From: an uncultured Bacteroidota bacterium
GTDB lineage: Bacteria > Bacteroidota > Bacteroidia > Bacteroidales > UBA12481
Assembly (NCBI GenBank): GCA_903919065.1
Contig: CAIXHD010000293.1
Span: 1-61,634, forward strand
Length of the DNA stretch: 61,634 bases
Reading direction: 5' to 3'
A model generated the notes under the pieces. That model searched no databases. It was given only the letters and a program-made list of their open reading frames with translations, and was not told the origin of the DNA. The translations under genes were made by a program, and so were the position numbers. Each line of letters begins with the position of its first letter. The first letter of the stretch is position 1. Of this stretch, positions 44,921-52,480 are shown one piece after another.

Positions 44921-45516
44921 GTCAGGGTTCCGTCTTTCAGATTATGAATCTTGTCGAACCGATCTCTGTCATTCAACAGGTGTGTAACAACCAGAATGCT
45001 GCAACCCCGCTGCTTCATCTGTACGGTGAGATCCCAGAAACACAGGTAGGTTTCCCAGTCGAACCCGTTATAAGGCTCGTCGAGGATAAGAAGATCAGGC
45101 TGATGAAGTAAAGCAAGGGAGAGATTGAGCTTCTGGTGCGTTCCGCCGCTCAGGGTGCAAACTTTTTCTTTTCGGTATTGCCCGAAATTCAATTCCTCCA
45201 GCAACAATTCCCGCCGCTCCTGGAAATGGTGCCTGGTGAGGCCGTAAGCGGCAGCAAAATACTGAAAATGTTCATCAACAGTCAATTGGGGAAAAATCAG
45301 CGGATCCTGAGGGCAATAACCAATTTTCCCGTTGATCTGCAGATTTCCCTTGTCAGCTTTCCAAAGGCCGACAAGTATTTTTAAAAGAGTTGATTTTCCG
45401 GAGCCATTTTCACCGGCAATACCATTAATAGTTCCTTCCTCCATACTGAACGACACACCTTTCAGTACCATTTTCTTACCGAAAGACTTGATCATATTTT
45501 CAGCTTTCAGAATCAT
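44917..45516 (-). CDS. ABC transporter ATP-binding protein (short, 199 aa)
   Basis: Walker A GENGSGKST, signature LSGGTHQK, Walker B LLILDEP, H-loop VVTHL. Confidence 0.85.
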   Translation of the reverse strand: MILKAENMIKSFGKKMVLKGVSFSMEEGTINGIAGENGSGKSTLLKILVGLWKADKGNLQINGKIGYCPQDPLIFPQLTVDEHFQYFAAAYGLTRHHFQERRELLLEELNFGQYRKEKVCTLSGGTHQKLNLSLALLHQPDLLILDEPYNGFDWETYLCFWDLTVQMKQRGCSILVVTHLLNDRDRFDKIHNLKDGTLT

Positions 45517-45528
45517 GCAGTGTGTAGC

Positions 45529-46344
45529 TTAAAAAGTAACTAGCTCATGGATTGTCCAACCTAAGTTAATCATTTCTCCATCCTTTTCCAACTTCGAGCG
45601 GCTCAGCCACTTAGTCTCATCAGCCATAAAAAATTTAAGAGTCATGGATTTGTCGATTCCGGGCAGATATCGAATAAATTTTGCCATTAAATTCTTTACT
45701 CTTTTTTCCGATTCCAGGATTACACCTCGGTCTGTATAAAGCCTGATTCCTTTTCCCGGCAAGCGGATCAAATCATCGTCCACCAGGCTTTCATTGATTA
45801 ATTCCCCGTTGAGCCAGGTCCATTTCATTTCCGAATTCGTTTTCCACTGGATCCAGACCATGTTTTGACCCGGCAATGCATATCGACCCCATTGGAGCTT
45901 TTCGAGATTCAACTTCCATGGTGGCAGAGTAACTATCAATTGCTCCGCATAACCCGCGCCATCGATAATTCTTTTATTAATTTCCAGATGAGCAGATGCG
46001 GCTGGCTGACAGCAATTCCAATCGATATAACCCTCCTCTGATTCGAATAATCTGCAACCTATAGGCTTTGCCAATGTTTCCCACCTGCCGGATATACCAA
46101 GGCGGGAATCGCTCCAGGCTAATGAACCATCACTCTGTACAGGGAATTGCACCTGCCCTAATCTGGATTTATTCGTAACCCCTTTAACCGGCTCGTGATG
46201 GAGCCAGCTGGTATATTGAACTTCAAACCGGTGCCAAACCAACTTTGCAGCATAGAAAATCATCGCTTCTCCCTCGTCAGTTATACAGTCGAGGTACCAT
46301 TTCTCGAGATGAAATTTCTCCAGCCGGTCAGTATCAGGCTTCAT
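45529..46344 (-). CDS. hypothetical protein, tentatively of the CrtC/AttH-type lipocalin-like hydratase fold
   Basis: ATG at 46344 (MKPDTDRLEKF) overlaps the nrfD-like stop by 11 nt. EKWYLDCITDEGEAMIFYAAKL resembles the CrtC N-terminal W-Y-D...D-G motif. GAGYAEQLIVTLPPWKLNLEKLQWGRY resembles the CrtC G-GY...W-WGR region. The gene call is solid; the function is weak. Confidence 0.45.
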   Translation of the reverse strand: MKPDTDRLEKFHLEKWYLDCITDEGEAMIFYAAKLVWHRFEVQYTSWLHHEPVKGVTNKSRLGQVQFPVQSDGSLAWSDSRLGISGRWETLAKPIGCRLFESEEGYIDWNCCQPAASAHLEINKRIIDGAGYAEQLIVTLPPWKLNLEKLQWGRYALPGQNMVWIQWKTNSEMKWTWLNGELINESLVDDDLIRLPGKGIRLYTDRGVILESEKRVKNLMAKFIRYLPGIDKSMTLKFFMADETKWLSRSKLEKDGEMINLGWTIHELVTF

Positions 46345-47524
46345 GACGTTTCCATGGTGGCAGCAGCCAGAGCAGGAAAGCAAGAATCGTACATGGCAAA
46401 ATCAGCCATAAAGCAGCCATCATGATTCCTTCGGAACCAATCAGATTCAGTTTGAAGGTTGTAAAACCATAGAAACTTTTTGAAAACAGCTGACCGCCAA
46501 CGACCACGTTCCAGCGCATGAAAAAGATTCCGCAGAGCACGAGTATGCCCGTAATCATATACAAGCGTCGCTTCAGCTTGTCCCTGTTTTTTACAAATTG
46601 CAAAATAGCCAGAGTAATCATCGGCACAATCATTCCGAGGAACCATTGAAAAACAAATAACGTGTAGGTCAGCTTTCCTTTAACGAGTATATCGAGGATA
46701 TTAAAAGATTCCTCTGCTTCATAAATCCGGTGAACCTGATCAAGGCCTTCGAGTGCAAAGTCAAGGATGAGCGCAATAAGCAGATATTTACCGATCTCAT
46801 TCAGGCAGGCCATATCTATGACTTGTTTCCTGATATAATTCACGACCATGAATACAATCATTACCAGCGCAATACCGGATACCATAGCGGAGAACAGGAA
46901 GATCACCGGCATCAGCACCGTGGACCACCAGGGATTAGCTTTCACCGATCCGAAGATAAATCCGACATACCCATGGAGCAGAAAAGCCGATGGAATACCG
47001 ATTATCGTGACAAAATACCCCAGCTTATCATCCCATTTCACCGTCTCCTTCGAAATGTCGGTGACACCGAGAGTAAGAATCTTGTATACCCTTTTCATCA
47101 CGCCGGTTTTCTCCTGCGACCAGAGAACAATATCGCGGCGGTAATCGAGCCAGATTTCCAGCAGGAGCACGACCATCAGGTACCAGAGATAAACGAAGCC
47201 GAAGATTGCCATAGCTGAGGTCAGGTGAGGCGTGATCATGATCTCATAGAACCGCTGCGGCTGCGCCAGATGGCTGATCAGCGGCAATGTGGCGACCATC
47301 ATGAAGGAGAGTGCGGTAAGCAGTGCAATGGTGTATGTCGGTTTCAGGACTTTCACCTTGAAAACGCGTTCCAGTGAGGCCAGGATAAAGGCACCGGCAA
47401 CCAACCCTGTGATAAACGGGTACAATACAATTAATACGCTCCAGTTCAGCTCGATCTCATTTGGATAGATATAGCCATCGACTTTAGAGAGCATTTCATA
47501 AAGATGCTGCATTTGTGGTTCCAT
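46334..47524 (-). CDS. NrfD/PsrC-family polytopic quinol-interacting membrane subunit
   Basis: 396 aa with about ten TM helices and NrfD-like spacing. Its ATG directly abuts the stop of the FeS gene. Confidence 0.75.
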   Translation of the reverse strand: MEPQMQHLYEMLSKVDGYIYPNEIELNWSVLIVLYPFITGLVAGAFILASLERVFKVKVLKPTYTIALLTALSFMMVATLPLISHLAQPQRFYEIMITPHLTSAMAIFGFVYLWYLMVVLLLEIWLDYRRDIVLWSQEKTGVMKRVYKILTLGVTDISKETVKWDDKLGYFVTIIGIPSAFLLHGYVGFIFGSVKANPWWSTVLMPVIFLFSAMVSGIALVMIVFMVVNYIRKQVIDMACLNEIGKYLLIALILDFALEGLDQVHRIYEAEESFNILDILVKGKLTYTLFVFQWFLGMIVPMITLAILQFVKNRDKLKRRLYMITGILVLCGIFFMRWNVVVGGQLFSKSFYGFTTFKLNLIGSEGIMMAALWLILPCTILAFLLWLLPPWKRHEA

Positions 47525-48289
47525 TTATCTTACCTCCGCCCTTAGTTGGTTGTAATATACTTTCGGTTCCGTATTCATATGCGGTTTAAGTACCTGCCAT
47601 GAATGGTCCTTCATGAACTTAACAAGTTCGCTTTTGGGATCATTCAGATCGCCAAAGATTTTCGCCTCTTGCGGGCAAACCTCCACGCAAGCGGGTAATA
47701 ATCCTTTGGTGATTCTGTGGTAGCACATGGTGCATTTATCGACCACATGGGTTTCAGGATGAATATAGCGGCAACCGTAAGGACAGGCCTGAACGCAATA
47801 TCGGCAGCCCAGACAATAGGTTGGATCGACCAGTGAAAGACCTTCCGGGCTCTCAAATGTTGCCCCAACCGGACAAACCTGTGTGCAAGGGGATTTTACG
47901 CAATGATTGCACATTTTAGGAACAAAGAATGCCTTGAAGATATCCGTGTCGGGAAACTTCTGGGTAAATCCGTCGATTCCCCCATTTGGTGATTCCACAT
48001 GGATTGAACCATCATTCAGGATGGTATATTGCTCAACCCAGGTGCGGAAAAAGAAAGGATCGCGCGGAACATTGTTTTCCGTTTTGCAGGCATCGGCACA
48101 ACGACCGCAGCCAATGCACCTGTCCAGATCGATCCCCATACCGTACCATGGGCCTGTTTTACTTTTTCGTTCAGTTGCATAAAGCAATGATGCAAATGGA
48201 GTTGATCCTGCGGATATAAATAAGCCACCGGCTACCATGGCAGCCCGGCTTAAAAAGTCGCGTCTTGATTTTACTTCTTCTCTTGCCAT
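47525..48289 (-). CDS. Tat-exported 4Fe-4S ferredoxin-type subunit (NrfC/PsrB/DsrO-like)
   Basis: SRRDFLSRAAMVAGG is a Tat signal. Four Cys clusters: CIGCGRCADAC, CNHCVKSPCTQVCP, CLGCRYCVQACP and CTMC...ACVEVCP. Confidence 0.85.
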   Translation of the reverse strand: MAREEVKSRRDFLSRAAMVAGGLFISAGSTPFASLLYATERKSKTGPWYGMGIDLDRCIGCGRCADACKTENNVPRDPFFFRTWVEQYTILNDGSIHVESPNGGIDGFTQKFPDTDIFKAFFVPKMCNHCVKSPCTQVCPVGATFESPEGLSLVDPTYCLGCRYCVQACPYGCRYIHPETHVVDKCTMCYHRITKGLLPACVEVCPQEAKIFGDLNDPKSELVKFMKDHSWQVLKPHMNTEPKVYYNQLRAEVR

Positions 48290-48729
48290 GGACTGTGTGG
48301 ATTATGACATTTAGTACAGAGCTCACCTGCATTGTGTGCTTTCATATCGATCTGCTTGATATTCTCGGCCTTGCGGGCGAAATTTTTAGCATGACAGATC
48401 CCACAAAATTCCCGGCTATTGGGAACCTTGGGTGATATAACCACAGAATCAACTGAACTGATGTGGACACGACCTGCACCGTGGCAGGTTTCGCAGGACA
48501 AGGTTGCATGCTCATTTGCCACTTTCAGAGCCATCACATCATCATGACATTCATTACAAGCCTTCTGTCCGGAATATTCAGGAACCTTAACCTTGTTCTC
48601 TTCGAGAGCAAGACCTCGATAATGTCCGAATTCACCGAACGACTTTGGTGTCAGAAAATATTTCAGCGTCAGAAACAGTCCTATAAGCAGGACAAAGAGC
48701 AAAGCAAGCCGCTTAATTTGTGGAGGCAT
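48271..48729 (-). CDS. membrane-anchored tetraheme c-type cytochrome
   Basis: N-terminal TM helix LALLFVLLIGLFLTL. Four CxxCH motifs: CNECH, CETCH, CGICH and CTKCH. Overlaps the FeS gene start by 19 nt. Confidence 0.85.
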   Translation of the reverse strand: MPPQIKRLALLFVLLIGLFLTLKYFLTPKSFGEFGHYRGLALEENKVKVPEYSGQKACNECHDDVMALKVANEHATLSCETCHGAGRVHISSVDSVVISPKVPNSREFCGICHAKNFARKAENIKQIDMKAHNAGELCTKCHNPHSPWQEKK

Positions 48730-48808
48730 AGCTTAGGTTATTTAGGTAGGGGAAATATATATAATTATTTTCATAATTACATATACCTGTTCCTAAGCCG
48801 AAAAGATG

Positions 48809-49741
48809 CTAGCTGAAAAAATGATTTCCCTTTGGATTGTATATCATATTAAGTGCACCGGGAATCAGGCGGATATCAAATTTCTGGGCAAAATTCAATT
48901 CGCCATCAACATGAAAAGGAACCTTCTTGTCAAATTCAATGGCGATTTTATCCGTCTGATGGTAATCCACCTTCGGATCATTTATATGGGTGCCTTTCGG
49001 AACCTTAAGTAAGATATTGAAGCGTTGGAACAGATTCAGTTTTTTAACATTGCACACATCCAGCAGTCCATCATTGGCCATTGCCTTGGGTGTAATGAAA
49101 AAACTCCCGGCAAACCTCCGCCCGATAGCAACCGTATTCATGAAACAGGTAGAAGTGGTCCGTTTATTGCCGGAGATCAATGTCATCTGTTTCTCCTTGA
49201 AGAAAAGCAGGGTTTTAACAATATGCCATAGATATTTATACTGCCCCCCAAGCTTTACTTTACCGGGCTCGATATAATTTTCCGCGGCCACCTGTGCATC
49301 GAAACCAAGGCCCATACCATTCAGAAAATATTTACCATTGCATGAACCCACATCCATAGGTATGGTATGACATTCAAAAAAGGTTTTCCAGTGGGAATCA
49401 TCAAATCGGTTCGGGAATCCAAGAATCTGGATAAAATCGTTGCCTGTTCCGGCAGGTATGATACCCACGATAACATCTTTATTCCCGATCAGCGGACGTG
49501 AAATTTCATTTATCGTTCCATCGCCCCCAACCCCGATAATATATTTATAACCTTTTAAAGCGGCCAATTCAGAGAGCTCAGTAGCATGCCCCGAAAATTC
49601 AGTGTAGACAACATCCGCATCCACTCCGAATTTTTTGATCATTTCCTCAACCGTGGATTCATACTTTTTTGCAAAACCATTCCCGGCGATGGGGTTTACA
49701 ATAAACATCCATCTTCCATTTTCATTAGCTGTTTGAGTCAT
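48809..49741 (-). CDS. diacylglycerol/lipid kinase family protein (YegS/BmrU-like)
   Basis: FIVNPIAGNG and the GGDGTINE catalytic-domain motifs. 310 aa. Confidence 0.8.
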   Translation of the reverse strand: MTQTANENGRWMFIVNPIAGNGFAKKYESTVEEMIKKFGVDADVVYTEFSGHATELSELAALKGYKYIIGVGGDGTINEISRPLIGNKDVIVGIIPAGTGNDFIQILGFPNRFDDSHWKTFFECHTIPMDVGSCNGKYFLNGMGLGFDAQVAAENYIEPGKVKLGGQYKYLWHIVKTLLFFKEKQMTLISGNKRTTSTCFMNTVAIGRRFAGSFFITPKAMANDGLLDVCNVKKLNLFQRFNILLKVPKGTHINDPKVDYHQTDKIAIEFDKKVPFHVDGELNFAQKFDIRLIPGALNMIYNPKGNHFFS

Positions 49742-50496
49742 CAGTATGCTGGTTTATTTTTTTTGGATTCGGTATAGGCTGATTCAATAACCACTTTCAC
49801 CCTATTCAGGATTGCATGGTCGTCATCTTCTGCAAACTCCTCCCACTCAATGGGTTTGTGGATAATTACCTCCACTTTCGATTCAAAATTGATGGTAAAC
49901 CTGTTTTTGGGTTTCAGCAAAAAGAAACCATTCAGGGTAACCGGCAAAACGCTCATTTCGGTGGCCTTAAGTATATGCACAAATCCCTTATGGAACCGGT
50001 TGATATTTCCATCTGCGGTGCGGGTACCTTCGGGAAAAATGGCGATTGTCTGTGTACCCGACTTATTGAGCAGGTGACTGAGCATCTCCTTTGTATTACG
50101 CAGATCGCCGCTTTTCATTGGTACATAATGGGTAAGCTTCAGCACCCGGCCAAAGAGAGGAACCTTTAGCAAACGCTCACGGCCAAACCAGGATACCCCG
50201 GGATAAAAGGCCAGGATAGCCATAATGTCGAAAAGACTGGCATGGTTAGCAAGAAGAATATAATTCTTGCCCTTTTCGATATTCTCCAATCCTCTAATCC
50301 GGAGGCGCTTGCCCAGCATCAGAAAGATTGTCCGGGCCCAGAATCTCATGAGCCCCCTTACCGCCTTTTGCCAATTAAGAGATGCGACCACCAGGATCAT
50401 CAGCACACATATCGCGGTAAACAGGTATAAGAAGAAAAATACGGCCACAGAAATAGCCCCATAAAGATGTGCATGACGGATGGTTTTCTTTTGCAT
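49741..50496 (-). CDS. plsC: 1-acyl-sn-glycerol-3-phosphate acyltransferase family protein
   Basis: N-terminal TM helix. HX4D motif NHASLFD. FPEGTR motif. Its stop overlaps the lipid-kinase start (TGATG). Confidence 0.8.
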   Translation of the reverse strand: MQKKTIRHAHLYGAISVAVFFFLYLFTAICVLMILVVASLNWQKAVRGLMRFWARTIFLMLGKRLRIRGLENIEKGKNYILLANHASLFDIMAILAFYPGVSWFGRERLLKVPLFGRVLKLTHYVPMKSGDLRNTKEMLSHLLNKSGTQTIAIFPEGTRTADGNINRFHKGFVHILKATEMSVLPVTLNGFFLLKPKNRFTINFESKVEVIIHKPIEWEEFAEDDDHAILNRVKVVIESAYTESKKNKPAY

Positions 50497-50552
50497 ATTC
50501 TTTCCTTCCCCGCCGGAAAATTAAGCAAAAGAAAATTCAATAGCCAATCAAA

Positions 50553-51239
50553 TCACTGATTTTTAATACATCTGACCGAGAAACCGCTGGTCTTTGTGTA
50601 TTTCCAGCGATAGATTCCCTCGGCATGATAGATCATTGCCCGGCCCAAAGCGTGGGTTTCATCGGTATAGGTAGAGGTCCAGAAACTGGTAAGATCGCCG
50701 ATAAAACTATAAGTACCCTGTTCAAAAATACCGGATGGGATAGCGCTGAAACGGACTGTATTTTCTCCCGTGCCCCCGGAGTTCCATCCTTTTTTTGCCT
50801 TGAGGGCGATGGCCGCAGCACCGGTAATCCGCCAACCCAGACTGTCAGCATCGGAAGCTGTCATTCCCGCAAAGATTTCCAGCGTTTTCCATTCACCATC
50901 AGAAGGCAGATGCCATCCAACCGGACAGGCCTTCATGGCATTTTCCCAGCTATAGAGGCGCCCGTAAGTATCGCAATTCGCTTCAGCTGCATTATAACAC
51001 CACCATCCCGTGCTATCGGTCACATTATACCGCAGGTTTTCCGCCATCCACGTTTGGGTGCCAATATTAACAAAGGCATATTCCTTATCATCGCGGGTAT
51101 CCGTGAAATGCCCGTCGACGTCGGTGAGGGGCTCTATCTTGTTGCACGACGCGAGCAAAAGGGAAATCAGGAGGATCAAAGCAGATCGTGACACGAAACA
51201 CGAAACACGTGACAGTTGACGGGTGACATTGATATTCAT
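50553..51239 (-). CDS. FISUMP domain lipoprotein
   Basis: The internal ATG at 51239 gives MNINVTRQL...LLISLLLASC (lipobox). GTQTWMAENLRY, YGRLYSW, CPVGWHLPSDGEW, FSAIPSG and SVRCIKNQ. Confidence 0.8.
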   Translation of the reverse strand: MNINVTRQLSRVSCFVSRSALILLISLLLASCNKIEPLTDVDGHFTDTRDDKEYAFVNIGTQTWMAENLRYNVTDSTGWWCYNAAEANCDTYGRLYSWENAMKACPVGWHLPSDGEWKTLEIFAGMTASDADSLGWRITGAAAIALKAKKGWNSGGTGENTVRFSAIPSGIFEQGTYSFIGDLTSFWTSTYTDETHALGRAMIYHAEGIYRWKYTKTSGFSVRCIKNQ

Positions 51240-51287
51240 GGTGCAAAGGTAACGTTTCTGCGTGTCTGTGAGTATCCGTTGCTTTTG

Positions 51288-51295
51288 TATATTTG
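51288..51295 (+). promoter_or_regulatory. Bacteroidota -7 promoter motif (TAnnTTTG)
   Basis: TATATTTG lies upstream of the URO-D-family gene, 58 nt before the ATG at 51353. Confidence 0.3.
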
Positions 51296-51352
51296 GGAAA
51301 CTAATCCCTGAATATGGAACGCACCGCAAATTGCCTGATAAAATTAGATAGG

Positions 51353-52480
51353 ATGAATAAAACCCTCCGCCATGAGGAGGCTGATCGGGTACCTGTAAGC
51401 GACCTGTTTTGGGGAAGCTTTCTGGAGCGGTGGCGTCAGGAGCTTAATCTGCCGGCAGATGCATCGCCCTATGATTATTACGACCTCGACTGGCAGGTCA
51501 CCGTGCCGAATATGGATCCTCACATCATGCCGTTTGAGGTGATTGAGGAAACCGATGAACGCATTACGGTGAAAACAGGATTTGAAGCCATCATCACCAA
51601 GATATTTGTCGACCCGATGCCCCGTTTCGATCGGTTTCTGACCAATGAGATAGAAATGCTGAAAGATTTCAAATTCGACGATCCATGGGATGACCGAAGG
51701 TATTTCAGCGCCGGCGATAACCAGTTAGGCGGCATGGGCGATGGTTTTTCGAGGAATACCCCGGCCTGGATCGAGACTGTAAAATCGATCTGGCCAAACT
51801 TTCCGGTTTATGGCAGCGTTTGCGAAGGTCACGAAACCCTCTGGCGCATAATCGGTTCCGAAAACACTCTGTTATGGAGCCTCATGTATCCGGATGAAAT
51901 GGGCGCATTCATTGCCCGGATCAACAATTTTATGCTCGAAATTACCAAGGCACAGATAAAAGCCGCCAACGGATTGCTGGATGGTATGGTAATCTGGGGT
52001 GATGTAGCCTATACTTACGACCTGCTCTTCTCCCCTGAATTCTGGCGCGAGCACTTCAAGCCTGGCATCAAAGCGATGGTGGATGTTTGTCACGAGGCAG
52101 GCATTCCGGTCATATACCATGGTTGCGGCAACGTGAAAAGAATATTTGAAGATTTCATAGAAATTGGAGTTGACGCCTATAATCCGCTCGAGGCCAAAGC
52201 CGGACTGGATGTGGTTGAACTCCGCAACCAATATGGACACCGGATGGGTTTTTGCGGCAACATGAATGTTATGGAATGGGCCGACTGCACTCAGGATCAG
52301 CTTAAGGATATCGTTTTACGAAAACTCAATGCTGCCAAGGGAGGCGGTTTCATTTTCCAGTCGGACCACTCAGTTCCCAATACTGTTTCGGCAGCCAACT
52401 ATGATTACGTTGTCAAGCTCGTCAGGGAATACGGCGTTTACCCTCTGAAGCTCGGCTCCCACGACATTCAAATTACCTAA
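51353..52480 (+). CDS. uroporphyrinogen decarboxylase (URO-D) family protein, MtaA-like (second paralog)
   Basis: ATG at 51353 (MNKTLRHEEADRVPVSD). IWGDVAY, YHGCGN, DAYNPLE and FQSDHSVP are URO-D-family-like motifs. No signal peptide. Confidence 0.55.
   Translation: MNKTLRHEEADRVPVSDLFWGSFLERWRQELNLPADASPYDYYDLDWQVTVPNMDPHIMPFEVIEETDERITVKTGFEAIITKIFVDPMPRFDRFLTNEIEMLKDFKFDDPWDDRRYFSAGDNQLGGMGDGFSRNTPAWIETVKSIWPNFPVYGSVCEGHETLWRIIGSENTLLWSLMYPDEMGAFIARINNFMLEITKAQIKAANGLLDGMVIWGDVAYTYDLLFSPEFWREHFKPGIKAMVDVCHEAGIPVIYHGCGNVKRIFEDFIEIGVDAYNPLEAKAGLDVVELRNQYGHRMGFCGNMNVMEWADCTQDQLKDIVLRKLNAAKGGGFIFQSDHSVPNTVSAANYDYVVKLVREYGVYPLKLGSHDIQIT

Noticed and set aside
50625-51191. 188-aa plus-strand ORF; likewise 54424..54990 (188 aa), 46730..47218 (162 aa), 28927..29430 (167 aa) and 32477..32905 (142 aa).
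   Set aside because: Each lies entirely antisense to, or out of frame within, a gene with strong family motifs (FISUMP, usher-like, NrfD, phosphatase, CotH). None has motifs of its own.
51244-51251. TACCTTTG (-7-type promoter motif, minus strand) just upstream of the FISUMP lipoprotein ATG at 51239.
   Set aside because: It lies only 4 nt from the start codon, so a transcript initiated from it would lack the ATG. It is either coincidental or implies a different start, so it is not reported as a feature.
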